Source: Opitutia bacterium
GTDB taxonomy: Bacteria; Verrucomicrobiota; Verrucomicrobiia; Opitutales; JANYDI01
DNA: 43,091 nt
Assembly (NCBI GenBank): GCA_025363695.1
Contig: JANYDI010000058.1
Coordinates: forward strand, 1-43,091
Reading direction: 5' to 3'
The first letter of the stretch is position 1. Each line of letters opens with the position of its first letter. A model generated the notes under the pieces. The model made no database searches. It was not told the DNA's origin and saw only the letters and a program-made list of their open reading frames with translations. This document shows positions 24,298-32,430 of the stretch, in pieces. The translations under genes and the position numbers were made by a program.

Positions 24298-25965
24298 ATG
24301 TTACGTGCGATGGAGTTGAAGCATTTTGGGCCTATCGAGGCGCTGAGCTTGGACCTGGAGCCCGGGTTTATCGCGGTCACGGGGGAGACAGGGGCGGGCA
24401 AAAGTGTACTCTTGGGGGCCTTACGTTTTTTGAGCGCGGATCGTGGTGGGCGCGTCGATAAGGCCTTGGTGTCTTCGCAAGCGCATCCGGCTTGGGCGCA
24501 GGCGGTCCTACAGCCCAATGCGGCAATGCTGGCCTTTTTGGAGGAGCAGGCTTTGCCTCTGGAGCCCGAGGGCTTGTGCGTGGCCCGCTCCTTATCGGCA
24601 AAGGGCGTATCCAAAGCTTATATCAATGGCCAGCCGGTGCCCATGACGCTCTTGCAGCAATTAGGAGCTTTATGGATAGATTTTCATGACCCCAGCGCGC
24701 CCATGCGTTGCTTGGACCCCAAGGAACAGCAGGGCTTACTGGATACCTTTGCGGGGATATCGGCTGCTGCCTATCAAGACGCTTATGCGGCCTTTTGTGC
24801 TACGCGTGCGCAGTACCAAACGCTCGTCCAAACCGTGCGCCTGGATGCAGAAGCCCTTAAACGCCTCAAGAAAACTCTCCAGTTGATGACCGGAATAGAC
24901 CTGAGTGACGCGGGCGTGGCCCATCTTGAGCAGCAGGCTGTTGGGCTGCAGCAGGCGCGGGTACGGCAGCAGGTTGCCTCGGAGCTCTACTACGTGTTGC
25001 AATCACAGGCCCTTGAGGCGTGCCGCAAGCAGGCCCTTGACTTGCGGGATGCTGGTAAGGACCCCCAAGTTCAGCCCCTTATGCAGCGTTTGGAGTCCTT
25101 GATGCTCGAGGTGGATGACTTTTCGCAGCAGGCTTATGCGCTCAGCAGGGCCTCAGAATGCCTCGAGGCGCCTTTTATCGAGGAACAACTGGAGCGCTGG
25201 TTTGCGCTCAAACACGCTCATGGAGGCACGGCTCAAGCGGTGCGCGAGAAAAAGGAAGCCCTGGAGCGCAGCATGGCCCTGCAGGATTCCTTAGACGGCA
25301 AGCTCCTGGAGCTGGAGTACCTTTTGCGCACGCAGGAAGCCGCAGCTCGGCACTTGGCCCAGGCGCTCTACGAGCAACGGCAGCAGGCTGCTGGGCGCTT
25401 TGAAAGCGCTATTGCCAAAAAATTGGCCGTTTTAGGACTCAATCAGGCCTACCTGCACGTGCATGTCATGCTTTCACAGGCCTTGATGCCCACAGGCCAA
25501 GACGCGGTGAGCTTCCATTTTGCGCCCAACCCTGGCCATCCAGCGCAGCCTTTGGAAAAAATCGCCTCCAGTGGCGAAAGTGCGCGTGTTTACTTGGCGC
25601 TTATCAGTGCTTTAACGTTAAAGGATGGCATTCCTGTCCTTGTTTTTGACGAAATTGACGCCCACGTAGGCGGCGAGGTCGCCCGTTGCGTCGGCCAAGA
25701 GCTAGCCCTCCTAGGCCAAGGCCGTCAGGTGTTTTGCATTACGCATTTACCCCAGGTAGCCGCTCAAGCCACGCAGCACTACTGCGTTACCAAGACTTAC
25801 GCTCAGGCAGCGACTCACATCCAGGTACTCGCCCTGCCACCCCATTCCCAAGAACGAAAAACCGAGCTAGCTCGCATGATCGGCGACCGCCACGGCCCCT
25901 CGGCGCTGCAACATGCGGGAGTGTTATTGGAAAGTAAAGGGCTAAGGGGCGCTTGCGCCCCTTAG
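24298..25965 (+). CDS. recN: DNA repair protein RecN
   Basis: ATG at 24298 (MLRAMELKHFGPIE), Walker A GETGAGKS, a long coiled-coil middle, and a C-terminal ASSGE..VLVFDEIDAHVGG signature/Walker B. The last ~10 aa (KGLRGACAP) are encoded by a repeat. Confidence 0.9.
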   Translation: MLRAMELKHFGPIEALSLDLEPGFIAVTGETGAGKSVLLGALRFLSADRGGRVDKALVSSQAHPAWAQAVLQPNAAMLAFLEEQALPLEPEGLCVARSLSAKGVSKAYINGQPVPMTLLQQLGALWIDFHDPSAPMRCLDPKEQQGLLDTFAGISAAAYQDAYAAFCATRAQYQTLVQTVRLDAEALKRLKKTLQLMTGIDLSDAGVAHLEQQAVGLQQARVRQQVASELYYVLQSQALEACRKQALDLRDAGKDPQVQPLMQRLESLMLEVDDFSQQAYALSRASECLEAPFIEEQLERWFALKHAHGGTAQAVREKKEALERSMALQDSLDGKLLELEYLLRTQEAAARHLAQALYEQRQQAAGRFESAIAKKLAVLGLNQAYLHVHVMLSQALMPTGQDAVSFHFAPNPGHPAQPLEKIASSGESARVYLALISALTLKDGIPVLVFDEIDAHVGGEVARCVGQELALLGQGRQVFCITHLPQVAAQATQHYCVTKTYAQAATHIQVLALPPHSQERKTELARMIGDRHGPSALQHAGVLLESKGLRGACAP

Positions 25966-26063
25966 AATCCCCTACAGGGTGCGATTTATTAAAATACTAC
26001 GTATTTATAATAAATCGCACCCTGGTAGGCTATGCTAAGGCCCATCCAGATCGCTTCGCGATC
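25936..26063 (+). repeat. Type-1 element, half copy (overlaps the recN 3' end)
   Basis: H1 25944-25963, H2 25975-26024, H3 26049-26063. Confidence 0.9.
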
Positions 26064-26136
26064 GAACCCTTTCCTTCCGAACTTCCTCAGCCCGGGGGTA
26101 GGGGTTCGGACCCTTTCCCTCTCGAACTTGCCCGCA

Positions 26137-26244
26137 GGGGGTAGCGGAGAAATTTTGGGTGCAGGCAAGGCGCTAAGCCCGACGTGTGCTTTTGCACTCG
26201 AGGGCTGCAGCAACGCAGCATCCACCCAAAAGACTCCGCTACCC
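26137..26244 (-). repeat. Type-2 hairpin element, alternative-core variant (CTGCAGCCCTCGAGTGCA core)
   Basis: Its reverse complement aligns along its whole length with 30114-30236. The outer stem is GGGGGTAGCGGAG...CTCCGCTACCC. Confidence 0.8.
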
Positions 26245-27723
26245 TATATAGCCCCATAGCTTTCGTTCTCTGATGGCCTTCGCTACCGAGATGGGGACAA
26301 AGGCCTCCCAGCTGTTGTCTCCGGCCTTGATTTTAGCAAAAATCTCGCGCGAGTTGATGCTCTTGGCTTCTGGGTCGTAGCCGATAATGGGCTCAATGTA
26401 GTGGTTTTCGATCAAGTGGGCATAGAGGTTACGCAGGTGCACGCCGACTTGGACATTTTTGGCCGTGATCATGATTTCGCCCTCGGAGTCAATGATCTGC
26501 TCAGGCATGTAGGAGCCTGGGTGATCCAGGGTAAGCTGCCGGTACTTGTTGTAGCTGGTGCCGCTCATCGGATAGATATAAAGTTTAATGTTACTCTTGA
26601 ACAGGCGTCCAAAGGACTCAAGAATCCCGCCCTGAAGGTCTTCATAGAAGGATCCATTGAAAAGATTTAGTAAATTGTTAATACCCATGACAACGCCGAC
26701 CTTTTCCTTGGTATAGCGCTGAAAATAATTACTGAGCCTGTAGTACTCAAAATAATTTGAAATCAGCGTATAATACCCTAGTGAGTTTATGGTTTCTACC
26801 CGTGAAAGAAAATCATTGGTGTCAATTTTGAACGGCCCCGCTTGTTCTCCACTCAGATTGGTCATGGTGAGCTCCATGACTGAAATCACGGCCTCTCCGG
26901 ATACGCCTTCTTCTTGGATAAACTGGGCTCCGGCTGAGCGCATCATGTCGACATTGACATGGGTTACGGGCCTAAAGCTACCGCGTTCGACCAAAATTGG
27001 TTTTTTGTAAAAAACTTCCGAAGGCTGCACCACCTGGCCCGCTGCATTGAACAAAACCGCTTGGGTGAGGTTGTTTTCTACAAGCTTCAGGCTGACCACT
27101 CTGTTGTCCACGTCGACAAAATCCGGACCCGAAACCGAGATCATGTCCACCTCAATGCGCTTGGAGGACAGGTTGTCCATCAGCGATTTTACAAACAAAT
27201 CATGATCCTTGCAGTAGTAAAAGCAGGCATACAGAAGGTTCACGCCGACAATGCCCAGAGCGTCTTGCTGTTCCACGTTACTATCGTCTAGTAAGCGAAC
27301 ATGGATCATGACATCATTGTAACCTAGGCGTGATGTATGCTCAAATCTCAAGCCCATCCAACCGTGGCATTCGGCGCGTTTTTTGTAGCCCTGAGCCACA
27401 ACGGTGTTCGCGTAGGCAAAAAAGAGGGTTTCGCTGCCCCGGGTTTCACGCAGACGATCGACCAAGAGCGCGTACTCATGTTCGAGCATCTTTTCTAGGC
27501 GTTCTTGTGAGACATAGCGCTTAGTTTTACCATAAATGTCATCGCTAAACTTCATGTCATACGCTGACATGCTCTTGGCGATAGTTCCAGCGGCTCCGCC
27601 TGCTTGAAAAAAATGCCTAGCTACTTCCTGTCCGGCTCCAATTTCAGCAAAAGTGCCGTAACGACTGAGATCTAAGTTAATATCAAGGGCCTTCGTATTG
27701 GTGGGGATAGATTCTTGTATCAT
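26239..27723 (-). CDS. Conserved hypothetical protein (~494 aa), function unknown
   Basis: ATG at 27723 overlaps the upstream stop (ATGA). The N-terminal block EIGAGQEVARHFFQAGGAAGTIAKSMSAYDMKFSDDIYG looks like a widely conserved bacterial family that I cannot name with confidence. No TM segments are evident. Confidence 0.7.
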   Translation of the reverse strand: MIQESIPTNTKALDINLDLSRYGTFAEIGAGQEVARHFFQAGGAAGTIAKSMSAYDMKFSDDIYGKTKRYVSQERLEKMLEHEYALLVDRLRETRGSETLFFAYANTVVAQGYKKRAECHGWMGLRFEHTSRLGYNDVMIHVRLLDDSNVEQQDALGIVGVNLLYACFYYCKDHDLFVKSLMDNLSSKRIEVDMISVSGPDFVDVDNRVVSLKLVENNLTQAVLFNAAGQVVQPSEVFYKKPILVERGSFRPVTHVNVDMMRSAGAQFIQEEGVSGEAVISVMELTMTNLSGEQAGPFKIDTNDFLSRVETINSLGYYTLISNYFEYYRLSNYFQRYTKEKVGVVMGINNLLNLFNGSFYEDLQGGILESFGRLFKSNIKLYIYPMSGTSYNKYRQLTLDHPGSYMPEQIIDSEGEIMITAKNVQVGVHLRNLYAHLIENHYIEPIIGYDPEAKSINSREIFAKIKAGDNSWEAFVPISVAKAIRERKLWGYIG

Positions 27724-28226
27724 GGTGGGGTTGTGTTGTTTTTTTGGGTGAGCCAAGTCAGCTGCTCCAGTTTTTGCTCCAGTACGCGACGCTTATCCTC
27801 GTCCATCTGCTGCACAGCCTGCTGCACCTCTTGAGCCGTTAGGGCAAGAGAGTCCATTCTCGTATGAACGGCCTCGTTGCTGCTGGAGGGCCTAATAAGG
27901 AACAGTATCTGGGAGAAAAGATCGGACAAATTTATCTGCACTTGATTAAATAATTGTAAATCTATAAATTTAAGCGTTCCATCATTGTTATACTTAGGTG
28001 AACCATCAGCATTTGTGTCTACTAAATTTCCGGTATTTACGTCCATGAGGTAGTTTTGTCCTTGATATTGAATCAGTAAAAATTGGTTACCCTTCGCATC
28101 TTGCACGACAGGAGCCCCGTTCAGGGTCTGGCCCGTAGCCACAAGCCCTTTGGGCAAAGGGGGGCTGTTGGGGTCAAGGGGAGGTAAAGGGGCTTGTTCA
28201 GAGCTGGAGCTTGTTGGGTCTATCAT
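27720..28226 (-). CDS. Hypothetical protein with Pro-rich N-terminus and coiled-coil C-terminus
   Basis: 168 aa, ATG at 28226, located 2 nt after the upstream stop and translationally coupled to the downstream gene. No recognisable family. Confidence 0.55.
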   Translation of the reverse strand: MIDPTSSSSEQAPLPPLDPNSPPLPKGLVATGQTLNGAPVVQDAKGNQFLLIQYQGQNYLMDVNTGNLVDTNADGSPKYNNDGTLKFIDLQLFNQVQINLSDLFSQILFLIRPSSSNEAVHTRMDSLALTAQEVQQAVQQMDEDKRRVLEQKLEQLTWLTQKNNTTPP

Positions 28227-28228
28227 GG

Positions 28229-28456
28229 TTATATCAAAAATTTATGGCTACCAGGCGTAAATACCCTTCCCGTACTTTCCCTGTACTCCTGCTGCAGGCT
28301 ATCCGCAGCGTGTTTATTGTGGATTTTTTTAGAAAGCGCCAACATGCGCTCCAGGCGCTCACCCACGAGGCCTCGATTTTTCATAAAATCATGACTGCGC
28401 CGCAAGGAAGTCCACGCCTCTTTGCATATCGATACCACGTCTTCAGGAATAAGCAT
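28229..28456 (-). CDS. Hypothetical small basic protein (75 aa)
   Basis: ATG at 28456. First ORF of a tightly packed three-gene unit on the minus strand. No recognisable family. Confidence 0.4.
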   Translation of the reverse strand: MLIPEDVVSICKEAWTSLRRSHDFMKNRGLVGERLERMLALSKKIHNKHAADSLQQEYRESTGRVFTPGSHKFLI

Positions 28457-28497
28457 TTCTGAGAATATAATATTAAATCATTCTCGTCAAGGAAAAA

Positions 28498-28768
28498 GGT
28501 TTTAGCGGGCTATTCTGGGTTGATGCTTCGTCATGGAAGTGACTCACGCACCGTAGTGCGCTACGCACTTCCCTTCCTTGCCTGAACCAAGAATAGCCCG
28601 CTAAAACCGGCTCAAAGCACGTCTTCCCAATTTCCCGGATCGCTTCGCGATCTGTGAGGGTCTTAGTATCCACCTACCCCGATAGCGATTTTGCCAAAAT
28701 ACGTAGTATTTTGCAAAATCGCTATCGGAAAGGGGATCCTAAGGGGCGCAAGCGCCCCTTGGCCCTTT
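28498..28768 (-). repeat. Composite: type-2 hairpin element + type-1 half
   Basis: Type-2 28498-28608, H3 28638-28652, H2 28679-28728, H1 28741-28760. Confidence 0.9.
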
Positions 28769-29515
28769 TACCTCTCCGCTGTCCCCTCGATACGCCGTGT
28801 GCCAGCCCGATTTATTTTCTGTCAACAGTCCCTCGAAGGCTTCCTGCAGGTAGGTAACCAGAGGGGCGGCGGCAGGACTAGCCTTGCCTGAGGCGTAGAG
28901 CATGGCCGACAGGGAGGCTTTTCCTGGAGAGGTGAGGGCGTTGGCTTCTTCCCAGTCCTTGAAGTGGCCGGCTTCTAGAGAGCCGCCGACGCACAGGCCC
29001 TTGGCGCTGGAATAGAAGTAGAAAGGCGGATGCCGACCTTCGAGGTGTTGGGCATGATTTTGACCAACCGTGCCAATAACCGCGCCATAATCCATGCCAG
29101 ATTTAACCTTTCGGCCCTCGAGCAGGCGTAAGGCGGAATCATCCATGAGCAGCCAAATACTGCTGGCATTTTTGGCACCGAGTTGTAGGCCTAGCCCTAG
29201 GCTGTTCTCGCGCAAGAAAATGGGAGCTTGTTCTTGGGGTTTACCGTCCTGAAGCAAGACGGCAAAGCCTCGGGCTTTTTTGAGGCTAGCAGGGCCGACT
29301 CCGGCCAAAAAGGAATCCATGTAGATGACAGCTTTGGCTTGAAGCAGTTGTTCCTTGGAAATCAGCCGCTTGGAGCCGTACATGAAGGCCTGCAATTGTC
29401 GGGTGCCTTTGCCCAAAAGCTCCCGAAGTTCGGGGACATCTACAGGGGTGCTTTGGCGTCCATAGACCGAGACAAGGCTTAAAAAATACAACGAAAAAAC
29501 AATGAGCAGACGCAT
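28739..29515 (-). CDS. SYLF (Ysc84/DUF500) lipid-binding domain protein with signal peptide
   Basis: Signal-like N-terminus MRLLIVFSLYFLSLVSVYG. Gly-rich beta repeats (GLGLQLGAK..., DYGAVIGTVG, GLCVGGSLEAG) are typical of the SYLF domain. The C-terminal KGPRGACAP is repeat-encoded. Confidence 0.7.
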   Translation of the reverse strand: MRLLIVFSLYFLSLVSVYGRQSTPVDVPELRELLGKGTRQLQAFMYGSKRLISKEQLLQAKAVIYMDSFLAGVGPASLKKARGFAVLLQDGKPQEQAPIFLRENSLGLGLQLGAKNASSIWLLMDDSALRLLEGRKVKSGMDYGAVIGTVGQNHAQHLEGRHPPFYFYSSAKGLCVGGSLEAGHFKDWEEANALTSPGKASLSAMLYASGKASPAAAPLVTYLQEAFEGLLTENKSGWHTAYRGDSGEVKGPRGACAP

Positions 29516-29685
29516 ACCTACCTATCTAAATCTTTTTTGGCCCCATGTCTAGCTGTTTTTTAAAAAATCGAAAAAGCCTTGCGTAATTATTAAATCTCAG
29601 TGTAGATCGCAGAAAATACGTAATATCAGCAGAAAAAAACAGCAGCCCTTGGGCGCTTTATTCCCAGATTTTTTTGAAATAACCT

Positions 29686-29714
29686 TGCAAGCCGAGCTTA
29701 TTTTTTGTACACTG
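29686..29714 (+). promoter_or_regulatory. Putative sigma70-type promoter of hpf
   Basis: TTGCAA (29686-29691), 17-nt spacer, TACACT (29709-29714), ~40 nt upstream of the ATG. Confidence 0.4.
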
Positions 29715-29752
29715 ACTCAGAGCTCCGGAAAGGACGCTCAGAACCTGTTTAA

Positions 29753-30127
29753 ATGACCGTTATGAAAAATCAAAACATTATTATACTGGGAGTGCATCTC
29801 CCCCTTACCGAGGCGATAAAGAACACGGTTCATGAAAAAGTACAGCGTTTATTTCATCATGAAGCCCGTATTCTTAGAATCAGAATCGAGCTGACTAAAG
29901 ATTCCTGCGAAAAACGCGAGGACAATTTCTGCGCCTGTGGTATTATTGAAATCAATGGCCCTAATTTGGTTGTGAAAGAAAAAAGTGGCGACCTTTACAA
30001 GTCCATAGACCGCATGGTGGATAAGCTGGACCGCAAACTCAACCAACGCGCTCGGCTTATCCGCGTGAAACGCCACTACCTACATCCCATAGATTTATCA
30101 TGCTCCCTCCCGAAGGTTGGGGTTTAG
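29753..30127 (+). CDS. hpf: Ribosome hibernation promoting factor / RaiA (short HPF, S30AE family)
   Basis: IIILGVHLPLTEAIKNTVHEKVQRL...DLYKSIDRMVDKLDRKLNQ matches the S30AE fold pattern. ATG at 29753, or alternatively 29762. The stop lies inside a type-2 hairpin element. Confidence 0.85.
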   Translation: MTVMKNQNIIILGVHLPLTEAIKNTVHEKVQRLFHHEARILRIRIELTKDSCEKREDNFCACGIIEINGPNLVVKEKSGDLYKSIDRMVDKLDRKLNQRARLIRVKRHYLHPIDLSCSLPKVGV

Positions 30128-30388
30128 CGGGTTATTTTGGGTTGATGCTGCGTCGCTGCAGCCCTCGAGTGCAGAAGCACACGTCGGGCTTAGCTCCTTG
30201 CCTGAACCCAAAATTCCTCCGCTAAACCCCAACCTTCCAAGGCAATTCAAAAAACATTCGATCGCGATACAATCTGTGGGGTGCCTTGTATACCTACTCC
30301 CGATAGCGATTTATCTAAAATGCGTTAGCATTTTAATAAATCGCTATCGGAAAGGGGATCCAAGGGGAGCAAGCTCCCCTTGGCCCTT
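30114..30388 (-). repeat. Composite: type-2 hairpin element (alternative core) + type-1 half
   Basis: Type-2 variant 30114-30236, degenerate H3 ~30259-30274, H2 30300-30350, H1 30362-30381. Confidence 0.85.
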
Positions 30389-31303
30389 CCTTCCTTCCTT
30401 AACGTCTTCGTCGAACAAAAAGAACAACGGTTCGCCGTAGTGGCGATTGGGAGTGGCCATGGCGTGGAAGACGCAGCGGACGACCTCGAAGCGTGGGAGG
30501 AGTTGGGCCTTGCTTTCGGGGCGGATGTAGTAGCGGTTGAGTTGATCGTCGAATACAAAGAGGTAGCCAGCATCGGTGAGCAGGGGTTCCCAGGAGCTGT
30601 GGCTTTTTTCGTGGGTATTGAGTTCGCGGGCTTCTACGAGGATGACGCAGGGGCGATGTTTCTTGAAGTCCAGGCCTTCGAGCACTTCACGTTCAGCGCC
30701 TTCGACGTCGATTTTCAGAAAAGCGATTTCTTGTCCCGGAATATGGGTTTCGATGAGGGTGCTTAGGGGGCATAGGTCTACCGTGATGGCCCGGCTTTTG
30801 ATACCTAAGTTGTTGGTTAGCAAGCCATTACGCTCAGGGCTCAGGGTGGAGGCTTCCTTGGAGTCCGACTGATATAATATGCTAACTCCTGTCTTATTAC
30901 TGGCTGCGAGCTGAAGGTTGATGTCCTCAGGCCGATGATCCTGAAACTGCTGCCATAGCTCTGGGATGGGCTCAATGTTCATCCCGCGCCATCCGCGTTT
31001 ATAGAAAAACTGCGTCACCGAGAGGGTACTGGGGTGGTAAGCCCCCACGTCTACGTAGCAGCAGCGGTCATAAAGTTTATCAGCAAAAACAATGGCCAGG
31101 GCCATGTCTTCTCCTACCTGGGAGAAAAATATGCCTCCCGAGTTAAACATAAAGGAGCGCGCCCATAAGACGGTGGGGCTTGCTTTTTCCAGCCTTTTTT
31201 TGTTAAAAAAGCCCATCAAAGCTTCTGCGCTCAAAAGGCAAAGAACGGTGATTATGGCTCCTAAAAAAGGCAACCAAATTCGAGGAGATTTTAATAATTT
31301 CAT
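30344..31303 (-). CDS. FkbM-family SAM-dependent methyltransferase with N-terminal TM anchor
   Basis: Motifs VDVGAYHP...GWRGMNIEP...FLKIDVEGAEREVLEGL are typical of FkbM methyltransferases. The C-terminal GRKGQGELAPLGSPFR is repeat-encoded. Confidence 0.8.
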   Translation of the reverse strand: MKLLKSPRIWLPFLGAIITVLCLLSAEALMGFFNKKRLEKASPTVLWARSFMFNSGGIFFSQVGEDMALAIVFADKLYDRCCYVDVGAYHPSTLSVTQFFYKRGWRGMNIEPIPELWQQFQDHRPEDINLQLAASNKTGVSILYQSDSKEASTLSPERNGLLTNNLGIKSRAITVDLCPLSTLIETHIPGQEIAFLKIDVEGAEREVLEGLDFKKHRPCVILVEARELNTHEKSHSSWEPLLTDAGYLFVFDDQLNRYYIRPESKAQLLPRFEVVRCVFHAMATPNRHYGEPLFFLFDEDVKEGRKGQGELAPLGSPFR

Positions 31304-31398
31304 GAGGGGGGTAAGAAACAGATACTACAGAAAAATATTTTTATGTCAAACAATAAAGGCTTGACCTTTGGTGCATCTGCTGCTGGTATGGCGCTATT

Positions 31399-32421
31399 AT
31401 GCGAAAGAAAAATCTTTTAGTTACGGTGCTTGTTGCGGTGTTTATCAGTATGGCTTACTACTTCATGAACATGGGTAAGTCCTCGAGGCCTATCGTTGAT
31501 TCACCGAAAATCACAAGTCCCAAGAAAGGCTTAAGTGAGCCAAATGAAGTAGCCCCCAAAAAACAGGGTGCTCAGGCTCCTGCTGATGAAGTGGCGGTGT
31601 TTACTCACCTAGGCCATTCCATGACGCATGAGCTTGGACGCTATCAGTGGAGCAACACGGAGCTCGATGCCATTTTGACGGCCGCCTCAGCAGGCATGCA
31701 AGGTGCCATTCAGGGGAAAAATCCCATCGAGTTTATCTTTAAAATGCAAAATAGTATCGAAGCGCGTGAGGCGGCTATGGAAAAAAATGAGCCCCTCGAG
31801 CCGCTGGGCCCCGAAGACACTGAAGCCCTCGGATTTATTTTGGCCATGCAATCGCCAATCAACCCCTGGAAGCCCTCAAAGGAGGAACAACAAGCTTTTC
31901 TTGACGGAGTCCGTTTAGGACTGAGTAACCAAAAACCTGCTCAAACGTTTAGCGAAGAAAGCATCGAGGCTTTCATTCAAAAACGCACCCAGCAAATAGA
32001 AACTGAAATGCAAAAAGAAATCACTGCTAATAGAGAAAAAAATGCCGCGTTTTTGGCTGAGCTGGTAAAAGATCCAGCCGTAAAAGAAGAGGCTAGGGAA
32101 GATGGTAGCGGATTTTATTATAAAATCATCGAGCCAGGACAAGGCCCGCATCCCAAAGATACCGATACCGTAAACGTACACTATCACGGCACGCTGACCA
32201 ACGGCACGGTTTTTGACAGTTCTAAGGATCGCAATGAACCCATTTCCTTTGGCATGGGACAGGTGATCAAGGCCTTTTCAGGCGGCTTATCCAAAATCGG
32301 CGCTGGCGGACGCGTTATGATTTATGCCCCTCCGGGAGCTGCTTATGGAGATCGTGCTGCAGGGAAAATCCCGCCCTCAAGCCTCCTGATCTTTGACTGC
32401 GAGCTCCTTGCCATCGAGTAG
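31399..32421 (+). CDS. mip: FKBP-type peptidyl-prolyl cis-trans isomerase (Mip-like)
   Basis: N-terminal TM/signal segment, a long helical region, and a C-terminal FKBP domain (VNVHYHGTLTNGTVFDSS...ISFGMGQVIKAF..GL..IGAGGRVMIYAPPGAAYG). Confidence 0.85.
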   Translation: MRKKNLLVTVLVAVFISMAYYFMNMGKSSRPIVDSPKITSPKKGLSEPNEVAPKKQGAQAPADEVAVFTHLGHSMTHELGRYQWSNTELDAILTAASAGMQGAIQGKNPIEFIFKMQNSIEAREAAMEKNEPLEPLGPEDTEALGFILAMQSPINPWKPSKEEQQAFLDGVRLGLSNQKPAQTFSEESIEAFIQKRTQQIETEMQKEITANREKNAAFLAELVKDPAVKEEAREDGSGFYYKIIEPGQGPHPKDTDTVNVHYHGTLTNGTVFDSSKDRNEPISFGMGQVIKAFSGGLSKIGAGGRVMIYAPPGAAYGDRAAGKIPPSSLLIFDCELLAIE

Positions 32422-32430
32422 CCGCTTTTT

